A program made the translations under genes and the position numbers. The notes under the pieces are model-generated. The model was given only the letters and a program-made list of their open reading frames with translations. It was not told the origin of the DNA and did not search any database. Of a stretch of DNA of 46,624 nucleotides, positions 33,106 through 42,322 are shown one piece after another. The stretch's first letter is position 1. Each line of letters begins with the position of its first letter. This stretch comes from Hyphomicrobiales bacterium (GTDB lineage Bacteria > Pseudomonadota > Alphaproteobacteria > Rhizobiales > Xanthobacteraceae): NCBI GenBank assembly GCA_016210825.1, contig JACQTM010000354.1:1-46624 (forward strand). The letters run 5' to 3'.

Positions 33106-34125
33106 ATGCTGCTCCTTTTCGAAGGTGAGCACGGACCGAGGAACACTCTGAAGTTCATCGAGGAAAAGCTCGGCATTGGCTTGTGGAGTTGGGATATACG
33201 TTCGAACAAGATGCATTGGTCGCGGGGGGTTTATCATCTCCTGGGGCATGAGCCGGGCAGCGTTAAACCTTCCATCGAATTAATCAGGGGGATGGTTCAT
33301 CCGAGCGACCGCCTGGCGGCCGCGGAACTATCCCGTCTATTGCACGAAGGTCTTCCGATCGATCGTGAGTTTCGCATCATTCGTATGGACGGCCGAATCC
33401 GATGGCTTCGCAATCACGGCGAGGTCGTTATGGATCAGGCTGGTCGGCCGCAAAGAGCGATTGGTGTCATGTCCGACATCACCCGACGGCATGAGGCGCA
33501 GACGGCGCTCCGCGCAAGCGAGGAACGCTACCGGGTTCTTGCCGCCGCAACATCCGCGATTGTCTGGAAAGCGCTTGCGGACGGAAACGTCGCCGATATT
33601 CCGGAATGGCGCGAAGTCACCGGTCAATCGGTTGACGAGATCAAGGGAACCGGATGGCTCGATGCCATCCACGGGGACGATCGTAGCGCCGTATCGAAGG
33701 CATGGCGGAATGCACTGGAAAGCGCCTCGGCTTTCAACAAGGAATTTCGCGTTCGCATCTACGACGGCGGCTATCGTTGTTTCAGCTGCCACGCCGTCCC
33801 GATTTTCAATTCCGATGGCTCGGTTCGCGAATGGGTTGGTGTTTTGACCGATCTATCCAATCGCCCATCGGACAAGTCCGTCAATGGTGAAGCGATCACC
33901 GGCGCCCAGGTGCGTGGAGCACGCGCCATCTTGAATTGGTCGGTCAAGGATGTCGCCGACGCCGCGCAGGTATCGGTGTCGACAGTCCGCCGCATCGAGG
34001 AGCACGACGGGCCCGCGACGACGCGTGCGGTAGGAATTGCGGCAATTAAGCAAGCGCTGGAATCTGGGGGCGTTGAATTTATTCAAATGTTGTCGGGCCG
34101 GCCGGGCGTGCGCCCGCGCGGCTGA
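33106..34125 (+). CDS. PAS-PAS sensor with C-terminal XRE-type helix-turn-helix (one-component regulator)
   Basis: 339 aa with two PAS folds: WSWDIRSNKMHWS...HPSDR...EFRIIRMDGRIRWL...GVMSDIT, and AIVWKALADG...IHGDDR...EFRVRIYDGGYRCF...GVLTDLS. These are followed by LNWSVKDVADAAQVSVSTVRRIEEHDG. Confidence 0.75.
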   Translation: MLLLFEGEHGPRNTLKFIEEKLGIGLWSWDIRSNKMHWSRGVYHLLGHEPGSVKPSIELIRGMVHPSDRLAAAELSRLLHEGLPIDREFRIIRMDGRIRWLRNHGEVVMDQAGRPQRAIGVMSDITRRHEAQTALRASEERYRVLAAATSAIVWKALADGNVADIPEWREVTGQSVDEIKGTGWLDAIHGDDRSAVSKAWRNALESASAFNKEFRVRIYDGGYRCFSCHAVPIFNSDGSVREWVGVLTDLSNRPSDKSVNGEAITGAQVRGARAILNWSVKDVADAAQVSVSTVRRIEEHDGPATTRAVGIAAIKQALESGGVEFIQMLSGRPGVRPRG

Positions 34126-34159
34126 CCGCAACTCACAAGCGGTTCAATCGGGGTAGTGA

Positions 34160-34187
34160 CGTTCGAATTAACCGAACGCCTTTTCGG
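34160..34187. terminator. Weak bidirectional terminator candidate between the convergent PAS-regulator and fliM genes
   Basis: CGTTCG-aattaac-CGAACG (34160-34178) is followed by CCTTTT. An overlapping CCGAA-cgcctt-TTCGG hairpin is read on the other strand, followed by TTAATT. The stems are short. Confidence 0.3.
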
Positions 34188-34214
34188 AAAATCGCCAGAC
34201 TGCGAATATAAACC

Positions 34215-35225
34215 CTAGTCTTGTCGCCGCGTCCCTGTAACCGGACTTGCGAGCTTGATCGCAAGATGCTCGCGCACGTGACCGAGCTGACCGTGCGAGA
34301 CGCTAATGTCATGGCATTTCAAGGTTACGGGTGAATTCGGCTTAATGTCGAGATTGATAGTGTCGCCAATCTCAAGCGTCATAATTCTTTTCAGCGGCAG
34401 AGGCTGATTGAAAAGCACGGCTGCGATCTCGACCTCTGCGGACATAATTTCTTGCGCCAAATGCTGTTCCCAAAGCGGATCGCGACCGAATTTTTCCCCG
34501 AGAAAGCCCTGGCGGAGAAGGTCGTGAATTGGCTCAAGCGTCGCATATGGAAGAAGAACCTCGATCGTACCTCCCTTATTATCGACCTCGACTCGAAGCT
34601 TGGCGATGATTGCGGCATTTCCCGCACGCGAGATTGCGACAAATCGCGGATTGGTCTCGATGCGGTCGATGGAAAAGACAACCGGCACCAACGGACCGAA
34701 CGCGCGCTGCAGATCGGCCAGGAAGATATTCATGAGATTTTCGATAATGCCGCGCTCAATCGTCGTATAGGGCCGGCCTTCGATCGGGGTGGGACGCGAT
34801 CCTTTGTTCCCGAGCAGCACGTCGATCATCGTATAGGCGAGGCCGGAATTCACCGTTAGCAACGCGTAATTGTCCCAAGGATCAGCCTTGAAGATTGCCA
34901 CCAAGGCGGGCAGTGGAATCGAATCCAGATAATCGCCGAAGCGTATTGAGGTAAACGTATCGAGCGAGACTTCCACATGGTCGGACGTGAAATTCCGAAG
35001 CGACGTTGTAAGCAGCCGCACCATGCGGTCGAGCGCGACCTCCAGCATCGGCAGCCGTTCGTGCGAAATCAGTCCTGAATCGATGATTGCGCGGATGCCG
35101 CTACGCGCGTCGGCGTGATTGCTGTTATTGTTGAGGCCAAGCAGTTCATCAATCTTGGCCTGATCGAATTCAGTGTCTCCCGACTCGCTGCCGTCGATCA
35201 GCGTCGCTGATGTGTCACTATCCAT
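34215..35225 (-). CDS. fliM: Flagellar motor switch protein FliM family (stand-alone copy)
   Basis: 336 aa. N-terminal CheY-P-binding-like motif FDQAKIDELLGL, a FliM middle domain and a C-terminal SpoA/FliN-like domain (LEIGDTINLD...). No other flagellar genes flank it. Confidence 0.85.
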   Translation of the reverse strand: MDSDTSATLIDGSESGDTEFDQAKIDELLGLNNNSNHADARSGIRAIIDSGLISHERLPMLEVALDRMVRLLTTSLRNFTSDHVEVSLDTFTSIRFGDYLDSIPLPALVAIFKADPWDNYALLTVNSGLAYTMIDVLLGNKGSRPTPIEGRPYTTIERGIIENLMNIFLADLQRAFGPLVPVVFSIDRIETNPRFVAISRAGNAAIIAKLRVEVDNKGGTIEVLLPYATLEPIHDLLRQGFLGEKFGRDPLWEQHLAQEIMSAEVEIAAVLFNQPLPLKRIMTLEIGDTINLDIKPNSPVTLKCHDISVSHGQLGHVREHLAIKLASPVTGTRRQD

Positions 35226-35638
35226 TGCGTGTCACCGGACAAGCGTACTGGCTGCTTGTGGTCATAAGGATATGCGCTCCGTTCCCGCGCGTATTTCAAC
35301 GATGCCACGGTGAAACGGGGGAGGTAGCCCTTGCACTTTGGAACCGGTGATTCGAAGTTCTGTCATCTTGCTTAACTAGTGCGCAATTTCCGTTAACGAA
35401 TGATAATTTTCTGTTGCTCTTTGCGGTCACTTGAGCCGGCAAATAGTCGCCATTGGTCTGCTTGAATATCGGCTGGATACTCTTCAGCGTGCCCCGGCCA
35501 AGCCGCTTCGACCGAAATTGTTCTTCTTTTTGTATGGGCAAATATAATCAGAGCATTTCTTGCGCTTTAGATGCCGGCGGATGCGAGAAAATTGTCAATT
35601 TCATCGAGATGCGCGGTATTAAAAAAATATCATTCAGG

Positions 35639-35670
35639 ATCAAAATTGAGCACAAAACGCTCATTTTGAT
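35639..35670. repeat. Imperfect inverted repeat ATCAAAA(T)TGAGC-acaaaac-GCTCATTTTGAT in the 627-bp fliM/MCP gap
   Basis: Read directly: a 12-bp stem with one bulge. Its function is unknown (operator or small hairpin). Confidence 0.4.
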
Positions 35671-35852
35671 AGCCACGGGTGTCCACCCACTGCATTGCGG
35701 TTGGCCACTCCATCTCCAAAGAACAGAAAATTTTAACAAGCCCTTCAACCAGCATGGGCAATTAATAAGCGCAGGGAATCATTTCTTCCACGCCAGAATG
35801 GCGGTCGGGCTTCGCTCCGAACCCAGGCGCTGGGAAATTTTCGGGGGCCCGG

Positions 35853-38054
35853 ATGTCTAGCATGCTGAGTCTTTCCAGCACTGCCGCGGCAGGCACGTCC
35901 AACACTAAATTTAGCCACTGGTTTGCACAGCTGCGCAGTCGCGGTCTCGGCTGGCGGCTTGCACTGCCCATTCCAGTTGCACTTGCATTCGCGATTTTGA
36001 TGATTTGGCTTCTGGTTCCCCAAATGATCGCAAGTAATGCGACAGACGATGCCATTCGCGCCAGCGAACAGATGGGGGCACAATTCAAACTCATCCGTGC
36101 CTATTACACGGAAAATGTCATCAACAAGATTGTGAAAGAGGGAACGATAAAGCCATCGTCCGATCATCAGTCAAATGCCAAGGCTATTCCCCTGCCGGCG
36201 ACGATGATTCACGATTTGAGCGCGCAATTAGCCCAGAAAGACACAAACGTTAGTCTCTACAGTAAGTTTCCTTTTCCCAATCGTAAGACGCGCCAACTCG
36301 ATACATTTCAGGAGCAGGCATGGGATTTTTTAACTGCAAACCCGAGTGCAACGTTTTCACGTAATGAAGTTCGTAATGGGCGGCAAGTGGTTCGCGTTGC
36401 CATCGCCGATACGATGGTCGCGCAGACCTGCGTTAATTGTCACAACTCAAATGCGGCTTCCCCCAAAACCGATTGGAAGCTCGGTGACGTTAGAGGAGTG
36501 CTCGAGGTCACCTCAGCGATCGATACCCAATTGGCGCATGGAGCGAAGCTCAGCAATTTAATCATCATTGGCGCCATTCTCATTGGCCTCATCCTTTTGG
36601 GTTTATCACTGATATTTGCGCGCAGCGTCACACGACCGCTACGTAGTCTTGCCGATGACTTGGCTGCACTTTCGCAAAACAACAACGACATCGAAATTCA
36701 AGGTACAGCCCGGCGCGACGAGATTGGGCAAATGGCTCGATCGGTTGTTGTCCTTCGCGATGCAGCAATGGAGAAACTGCGTCTTGAAGGTTTGACGGCG
36801 GAGCAGCGAAAGACGGCGGAGGAGGAACGGCTGCGCAACGCGGAAGCCGCCAAGAAAGCCACGGAAGAGCAGGCGGCGATTGTAGGCGCCATCGGCGCGG
36901 GCCTCGCAAAGCTCTCGCATGGCGACCTGACTTCACGTGTCGAGGCGGCGTTCCCACCGGCTTATCAACAGCTCAAGGACGACTTTAACGCCGCCATGGG
37001 GCAGTTGCAGGAGACGATGCTGACCATTGTGCACGCGGTGAATGAGATCCACTCGGGAACGTCCGAGTTCTCTCAGGCGACCGATAACCTTTCCAAGCGC
37101 ACCGAACAGCAGGCCGCGAGTCTAGAAGAGACGGCGGCGGCGGTGGACGAGATCACGGCGACGGTGCGCAAGACGGCAGACGGCGCCAACCACGCCAAGG
37201 CGATCGTATCGAAGGCAAAGGTCGACGCCGAGCAAAGCGGCGGCGTGGTGCGTCGCGCGGTCGAAGCGATGACGGCGATCGAAAGCTCCGCTAAGCAGAT
37301 CTCGCAGATCATCGGTGTGATCGATGAAATAGCATTCCAGACCAATCTCCTTGCGCTAAACGCAGGCGTTGAGGCTGCACGGGCGGGCGATGCCGGCAAA
37401 GGATTTGCGGTTGTCGCGAGCGAGGTGCGCTCGTTGGCTCAGCGTTCCGCCGAAGCCGCCAAGGAAATTAAAGGTCTGATTTCCGCGAGTTCGACGCAGG
37501 TGAATAGCGGCGTCAATCTTGTCGATCAAACTGGCAAGGCGCTCGATCAAATCGTGACGCAGGTCACCGACATCAACAGCGCGGTGCTTGAGATCGCCTC
37601 ATCGGCTCACGAGCAGGCAACAGGTCTTACGCAAGTCAACACCGCAATCAATCAGATGGATCAGGTTACGCAGCAGAATGCGGCGATGGTCGAGGAGAGC
37701 ACGGCAGCGAGCCATTCGCTGGCCGCCGAGGCGCAAAAGCTGGTGCGGTTGGTCAGCCGGTTCCAGGTCGGCATTGACGTGACGGCCGAAAACACGGCCG
37801 GCATGTATGCCGAACCGGAAAACACGAAAATCCATGCACGAGCGGCCGCACCGCGCACGAAGCCCAATGGTATCGGTGATGGTCTTCGTTCGCTTATCCG
37901 GCGTGGCGATACGCAGGCTGAACCGAAGCACGCTCCCGCAAAGCCCGCGCGGGTTCCGCACCCGGCGGTTATCCGTGAGAAGACCAACGGATCCAGTGCG
38001 CTCGCGATCGGTTCGCAAAAGGCTCCTGCCGAAGAAGGCTGGGAAGAGTTCTGA
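35853..38054 (+). CDS. Methyl-accepting chemotaxis protein with a periplasmic c-type-heme (CxxCH) Tll0287/DUF3365-like sensor domain and a C-terminal GWEEF tether
   Basis: 733 aa. TM1 lies at about residues 35-57 and TM2 at about 233-256. The periplasmic domain carries CVNCH (36429-36443) and IPLPATMIHD. HAMP and MCP signalling domains follow ([40 protein letters not shown]). A roughly 100-aa linker ends in GWEEF (38037-38051). Confidence 0.9.
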   Translation: MSSMLSLSSTAAAGTSNTKFSHWFAQLRSRGLGWRLALPIPVALAFAILMIWLLVPQMIASNATDDAIRASEQMGAQFKLIRAYYTENVINKIVKEGTIKPSSDHQSNAKAIPLPATMIHDLSAQLAQKDTNVSLYSKFPFPNRKTRQLDTFQEQAWDFLTANPSATFSRNEVRNGRQVVRVAIADTMVAQTCVNCHNSNAASPKTDWKLGDVRGVLEVTSAIDTQLAHGAKLSNLIIIGAILIGLILLGLSLIFARSVTRPLRSLADDLAALSQNNNDIEIQGTARRDEIGQMARSVVVLRDAAMEKLRLEGLTAEQRKTAEEERLRNAEAAKKATEEQAAIVGAIGAGLAKLSHGDLTSRVEAAFPPAYQQLKDDFNAAMGQLQETMLTIVHAVNEIHSGTSEFSQATDNLSKRTEQQAASLEETAAAVDEITATVRKTADGANHAKAIVSKAKVDAEQSGGVVRRAVEAMTAIESSAKQISQIIGVIDEIAFQTNLLALNAGVEAARAGDAGKGFAVVASEVRSLAQRSAEAAKEIKGLISASSTQVNSGVNLVDQTGKALDQIVTQVTDINSAVLEIASSAHEQATGLTQVNTAINQMDQVTQQNAAMVEESTAASHSLAAEAQKLVRLVSRFQVGIDVTAENTAGMYAEPENTKIHARAAAPRTKPNGIGDGLRSLIRRGDTQAEPKHAPAKPARVPHPAVIREKTNGSSALAIGSQKAPAEEGWEEF
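36900..37503 (+). repeat. Paralogous MCP signalling-domain segment (copy 1), roughly four-fifths nucleotide-identical by eye to 46022-46624
   Basis: Long shared nucleotide runs, for example cgcaccgaacagcaggc.gcgag...gagacggcggcggcggtggacgagatcacggcgacggtgcgcaa. The antisense shadow ORFs of the two copies also share sequence. Confidence 0.8.
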
Positions 38055-38062
38055 GGTTTTCC

Positions 38063-38407
38063 ATGCCGAGTAATCCTGCAAATCCGGAAATGACGGCGCT
38101 GCTGCAGAGCTGGGGCATGATTGATCCGCCGGGCAGCGGTCCTGCGCGCCTGCAACTTCCCGAGATTTTGGATTTGAAAGCCGCCGCACCGCTCGCAAGC
38201 CAATTGCTGTCGCTGCGGGGCTGTGAAGTGAAGATTGACGCCTCGCGCGTGCAGCGCTTCGGCGGTCTGTGCCTGCAGGTCTTATTGTCCGCGTGTTGCA
38301 CATGGCGGACCGACGGCGTGCTGCTCTCGATCGTCAGTCCATCGGCCCGCTTTGCCGAATGCCTTGCGCTTCTCGGCGCCTCGTCCGCCCTGTCTCTTCA
38401 AGCATAG
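38063..38407 (+). CDS. STAS-domain protein in the cheS/orf2 position of alphaproteobacterial che operons
   Basis: 114 aa with a STAS-like pattern: LQLPEILDLKAAAPLASQLL...VKIDASRVQRFGGLCLQVLLSA...LSIVSPSARFAECLALLG. GAGG lies 7 nt upstream of the ATG. Confidence 0.65.
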   Translation: MPSNPANPEMTALLQSWGMIDPPGSGPARLQLPEILDLKAAAPLASQLLSLRGCEVKIDASRVQRFGGLCLQVLLSACCTWRTDGVLLSIVSPSARFAECLALLGASSALSLQA

Positions 38408-38419
38408 GAGTTTAAGTCA

Positions 38420-38785
38420 ATGAGCAAAGTCGTGCTCACCGTCGATGACTCGCGCACCATGCGGGACATGCTGATGTTGGCGCTTGCCGATGCTGGTTAT
38501 CGCGTCGTCCAGGCCGACGACGGCGTTCAGGGTCTCGAAGTACTGCAGAACGAAAGCCCGGATGTGATCATTACCGATATTAACATGCCGCGTCTCGACG
38601 GCTTCGGATTCATCGAGGGTGTCCGTAAGATCGAACGTCACCGCGCCACGCCTATTCTCGTGCTGACGACGGAAAGCGATGACGCAAAAAAGCAGCAAGC
38701 GCGCAAGGCGGGCGCCACGGGCTGGATCGTCAAGCCTTTTGATCCCGACAAACTGCTCGACGCAGTACGGCGTGTGGCGGCGTAA
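38420..38785 (+). CDS. cheY: Chemotaxis response regulator CheY
   Basis: 121 aa, single receiver domain: DDS acidic pocket, DINMP phospho-Asp, T...KP. Confidence 0.9.
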   Translation: MSKVVLTVDDSRTMRDMLMLALADAGYRVVQADDGVQGLEVLQNESPDVIITDINMPRLDGFGFIEGVRKIERHRATPILVLTTESDDAKKQQARKAGATGWIVKPFDPDKLLDAVRRVAA

Positions 38786-38794
38786 CGGTCCTTA

Positions 38795-40972
38795 TTGGGA
38801 AGACATCGATCCGTGGATCCGTTAGCAGCAATCAAAGCGACGTACTTTCAAGAGTGCGACGAACAGCTTGCCGAACTGGAGACCGGTCTCTCCGCCATGA
38901 AGGATGGCGAGGGGGATGACGAGACGGTCAATGCCGTTTTTCGTGCCGCGCATTCGATTAAAGGTGGTGCGGGCGCGTTCGGTCTCGAGAATCTTGTGCA
39001 ATTCGCACATGTGCTGGAAACGACGCTTGACGATGTACGCGCGGGACGGCTCGCGCCCGACGGCGATCTTGTGAATCTCATGTTGCGGGCATCGGATATG
39101 TTATCAGATCACGTTAATGCCGCGCGTGATGGAAATCCCGTGGACCAAGCGCGAAGCGAAACGATCGCGCGCGAACTCGAAAATTACAACGAAGCGACCA
39201 AGTCCGGCAGTGCAGAATCTGACGACGAATTTGATATCGATTTCGCGCCGATTGCAGTGACGATGTCGGAGGGGGATGCGGCGGCAGAGGCGGCGGCTTT
39301 AGGCGTGCGAGAATGGGAAATTCAATTTCGCCCTAGAACGTCGCTTTACGCCCATGCCAACGAAGTCACTTTATTGCTGCGAGAACTGCAGCGCCTTGGC
39401 ACATTGAGTGTCGATCTCATCTACGGCGATCTTCCCTCGCTTCAGGATCTTGTGCCGGAAGAATCATATTTAGCGTGGATTATCCGCTTACAGGCGGACT
39501 GCGATGAATCGAGAATTCGCGAAGTCTTTGAATTCGTCGAAGACGATTGTGACATCCATATCCAATGCATTTCAACCTGCGCCGGCGAAATCGAGGTCAG
39601 TCATGCGCAGCCCGAACCCAAGGAGGTCATTGTGCCGCAAGTTCCTGGCATATCGACGGCGCAAGCGGACGAGCCCGCGCCGGCAAAGGCGACAATGCCA
39701 ATGCCTTTGCCCGCCAATTCGGCCAATGCTCCGGCCGAGGAGGAAAAGCATGCGCCCGCCGTCGTCTCGCCGCAAACCATTCGCGTCGATGTCGACCGTC
39801 TCGAGCGCCTTGTGGATCTCGTTGGCGAACTGGTCATCAACCAAGCGATGCTCGCGCAGCGATCGATGGAATCAGGTTTATCGCGCGCGTCATCCTTCGC
39901 CAATGGCCTTGAAGATCTCGAGCATCTAACGCGTGACATCCAGGACAGCGTCATGTCCATTCGCGCACAGCCGGTGAAATCGGTATTCCAGCGAATGACG
40001 CGGCTTGTGCGTGAAGTCAGCGCCGCCACTGGTAAGCGAGTTCGGCTTGTCACCGACGGTGAAAACACCGAAGTCGACAAAACAGTCATCGAGCGGATCG
40101 CCGATCCGATTACGCATTTACTGCGTAACGCGATCGACCACGGCATTGAGAAACCGGATATTCGGATTGCCGCTGGGAAGCCCGCCGAGGGCGTAGTCCG
40201 CTTGTCGGCGCTGCATCGCAGCGGCCGAATTGTCATCGAAGTCGTTGACGACGGCGCCGGGATCGACCGCAAGCGCGTCAAAGCCATTGCAGTGGAAAAA
40301 AATCTTATTTCGGCCGATGTGAATTTAAGCGATGAGGAAATCGACAATCTGATTTTCATGCCGGGATTTTCCACCGCGTCGTCGGTGTCCGAAGTCTCCG
40401 GCCGCGGCGTTGGGATGGACGTCGTGCGCCGCAACATTCAGTCACTCGGCGGCCGTATCACAATCTCCTCTCGTCCCGGTCTCGGCTCCACATTCAGTTT
40501 GAGTTTGCCGCTTACGCTCGCGGTCCTCGACGGCATGGTGATTTCAGTATGCAACCAGACGCTCGTTATTCCGCTCTCGGCCGTTGTTGAGACACTACGC
40601 CCGAAGGAAGGTGATCTGCACGAGCTCAAGGGAAGCGCGCCCCTCATCCGCATTCGCGATTTGTATGTTCCGATCATCGATGTTGGCCGCAAGCTTGGAC
40701 ATCGCACTGAACCGTTGGTGCCTGCCGCGGGTGTTGCATTATTCGTCGAAAGCGAAGGCGGCGGCCGCGCTGCTTTACTTGTCGACGCGATTCAAGGCCA
40801 GCGGCAAGTCGTCATCAAAAGTATGGAGGCGAATTATCGCAAGGTCGATGGCATCGCCGCCGCCACCATTCTCGGGGATGGACGGGTGGCGTTGATCGTC
40901 GATGTGGAATCAATGTTAGCCGGTCAAAGCGTCGACATGTTCCGTTCTGAAAAACGCGCAGCAGCAGGTTAG
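38795..40972 (+). CDS. cheA: Chemotaxis histidine kinase CheA
   Basis: HPt (FRAAHSIKGGAGAF), then dimerisation, HATPase (HLLRNAIDHGIE, DDGAGID, GRGVGMDVV) and a CheW-like P5 domain. The start is either TTG 38795 or, more likely, GTG 38813 (VDPLAAIKATYFQECDEQL...). Confidence 0.9.
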   Translation: MGRHRSVDPLAAIKATYFQECDEQLAELETGLSAMKDGEGDDETVNAVFRAAHSIKGGAGAFGLENLVQFAHVLETTLDDVRAGRLAPDGDLVNLMLRASDMLSDHVNAARDGNPVDQARSETIARELENYNEATKSGSAESDDEFDIDFAPIAVTMSEGDAAAEAAALGVREWEIQFRPRTSLYAHANEVTLLLRELQRLGTLSVDLIYGDLPSLQDLVPEESYLAWIIRLQADCDESRIREVFEFVEDDCDIHIQCISTCAGEIEVSHAQPEPKEVIVPQVPGISTAQADEPAPAKATMPMPLPANSANAPAEEEKHAPAVVSPQTIRVDVDRLERLVDLVGELVINQAMLAQRSMESGLSRASSFANGLEDLEHLTRDIQDSVMSIRAQPVKSVFQRMTRLVREVSAATGKRVRLVTDGENTEVDKTVIERIADPITHLLRNAIDHGIEKPDIRIAAGKPAEGVVRLSALHRSGRIVIEVVDDGAGIDRKRVKAIAVEKNLISADVNLSDEEIDNLIFMPGFSTASSVSEVSGRGVGMDVVRRNIQSLGGRITISSRPGLGSTFSLSLPLTLAVLDGMVISVCNQTLVIPLSAVVETLRPKEGDLHELKGSAPLIRIRDLYVPIIDVGRKLGHRTEPLVPAAGVALFVESEGGGRAALLVDAIQGQRQVVIKSMEANYRKVDGIAAATILGDGRVALIVDVESMLAGQSVDMFRSEKRAAAG

Positions 40973-40976
40973 AGCC

Positions 40977-41441
40977 ATGAGCGAAGCATTTACCAATCAA
41001 GAAAACAGCCGAACCGAGTTGATCTCGTTTCGAATCGGTGCGCAAGAATTTTGCGTCGATGTGATGTCGGTTCGCGAGATCCGCGGCTGGACTGCAACGA
41101 CGCCGCTTCCGCACGCGCCGAATTATGTGCGCGGCGTCATCAATTTGCGCGGCGTGGTCCTGCCCGTCATCGATCTTGGCGGCCGCCTTGGATTGAGCAT
41201 GACCGACCCGACGGCACGGCACGTCATCATCGTCACGCGCATCGGCAATCAGATTGTTGGTCTCCTCGTGGACGCCGTCTGCGACATCCTGACGGTTTCC
41301 CAAAACGCCATCCAGACGACGCCGGATCTCGAATACGACACCAACAAGACCTTCGTGAGGGGATTGTTGCCGATCGACGGCCGGATGATCAGTCTGATCA
41401 CGCTTGAGAATGTGTTGCCAGCCGAGGCGAAAGCGGCATGA
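40977..41441 (+). CDS. cheW: Chemotaxis coupling protein CheW
   Basis: 154 aa: LISFRIGAQEFCVDVMSVREI...PHAPNYVRGVINLRG. Confidence 0.9.
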   Translation: MSEAFTNQENSRTELISFRIGAQEFCVDVMSVREIRGWTATTPLPHAPNYVRGVINLRGVVLPVIDLGGRLGLSMTDPTARHVIIVTRIGNQIVGLLVDAVCDILTVSQNAIQTTPDLEYDTNKTFVRGLLPIDGRMISLITLENVLPAEAKAA

Positions 41442-42322
41442 ATGCACGGGCTGAACAAACCGTGACGAGTAAGCACGCGCCGATCGTGGAGGGCGAATTC
41501 CTCTTCACTTTCGACGACTTCCGGCAGATTGCCGCGATGCTTCATTCCGACGCCGGCATCGCGCTGCCTGAATCGAAGGCAACGCTCGTCTATTCACGGC
41601 TCGCCAAGCGCTTGCGGTCGATCGGACTGCGCAACTTTCGCGATTATTGCCAGATCGTCCAAGGTCACGAAGGCATCGATGAACGCAAGCGGATGCTGGC
41701 CGCGCTGACGACAAACGTGACGCGATTTTTTCGCGAGCCGCATCATTTCGATCATTTGGCGGAGAAAGTACTTCCCGATTTGCTAAAGGCGGCGCGCAAC
41801 GGCGGGCGCGTGCGTATTTGGTCGGCCGGCTGCTCGAACGGTCCGGAACCTTATTCCATCGCATTGACGATCCTGTCTTTCATGCCGAATGCGGCGAATT
41901 ACGACATTCGCATTCTTGCAACCGACATCGATCACAATGTCGTCGCCGAGGCTCGGCGCGGCGTTTTCAGCGAAGAGATGATTTCGATTATTCCGCCGGA
42001 GATACGCCTGCGCTGGCTTACTGCCGACGAACCGGGGAAATGGCGCGTCGCGGAACCGTTAGTGCGCCTCGTCGTATTCCGGGAACTGAATCTTATCGGC
42101 GATTGGCCGATGAAGGGGCGCTTCCAGGTTATTTTCTGCCGCAACGTTGTGATCTATTTCGAAGAGGAGACCCAGACGCAAATTTGGAACCGCTTCAAGG
42201 GTCTGCTCTCGCCCGGAGGATATCTCTATATCGGCCATTCCGAGCGCATGGGCGCGGCGGAGGACGGTTTTGAGAACGATGGTCTTACGACCTACCGCTT
42301 CCTCGGAAAGGCGCACTCATGA
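41438..42322 (+). CDS. cheR: Chemotaxis methyltransferase CheR
   Basis: 294 aa: [44 protein letters not shown] overlap with cheW. Confidence 0.9.
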   Translation: MNARAEQTVTSKHAPIVEGEFLFTFDDFRQIAAMLHSDAGIALPESKATLVYSRLAKRLRSIGLRNFRDYCQIVQGHEGIDERKRMLAALTTNVTRFFREPHHFDHLAEKVLPDLLKAARNGGRVRIWSAGCSNGPEPYSIALTILSFMPNAANYDIRILATDIDHNVVAEARRGVFSEEMISIIPPEIRLRWLTADEPGKWRVAEPLVRLVVFRELNLIGDWPMKGRFQVIFCRNVVIYFEEETQTQIWNRFKGLLSPGGYLYIGHSERMGAAEDGFENDGLTTYRFLGKAHS

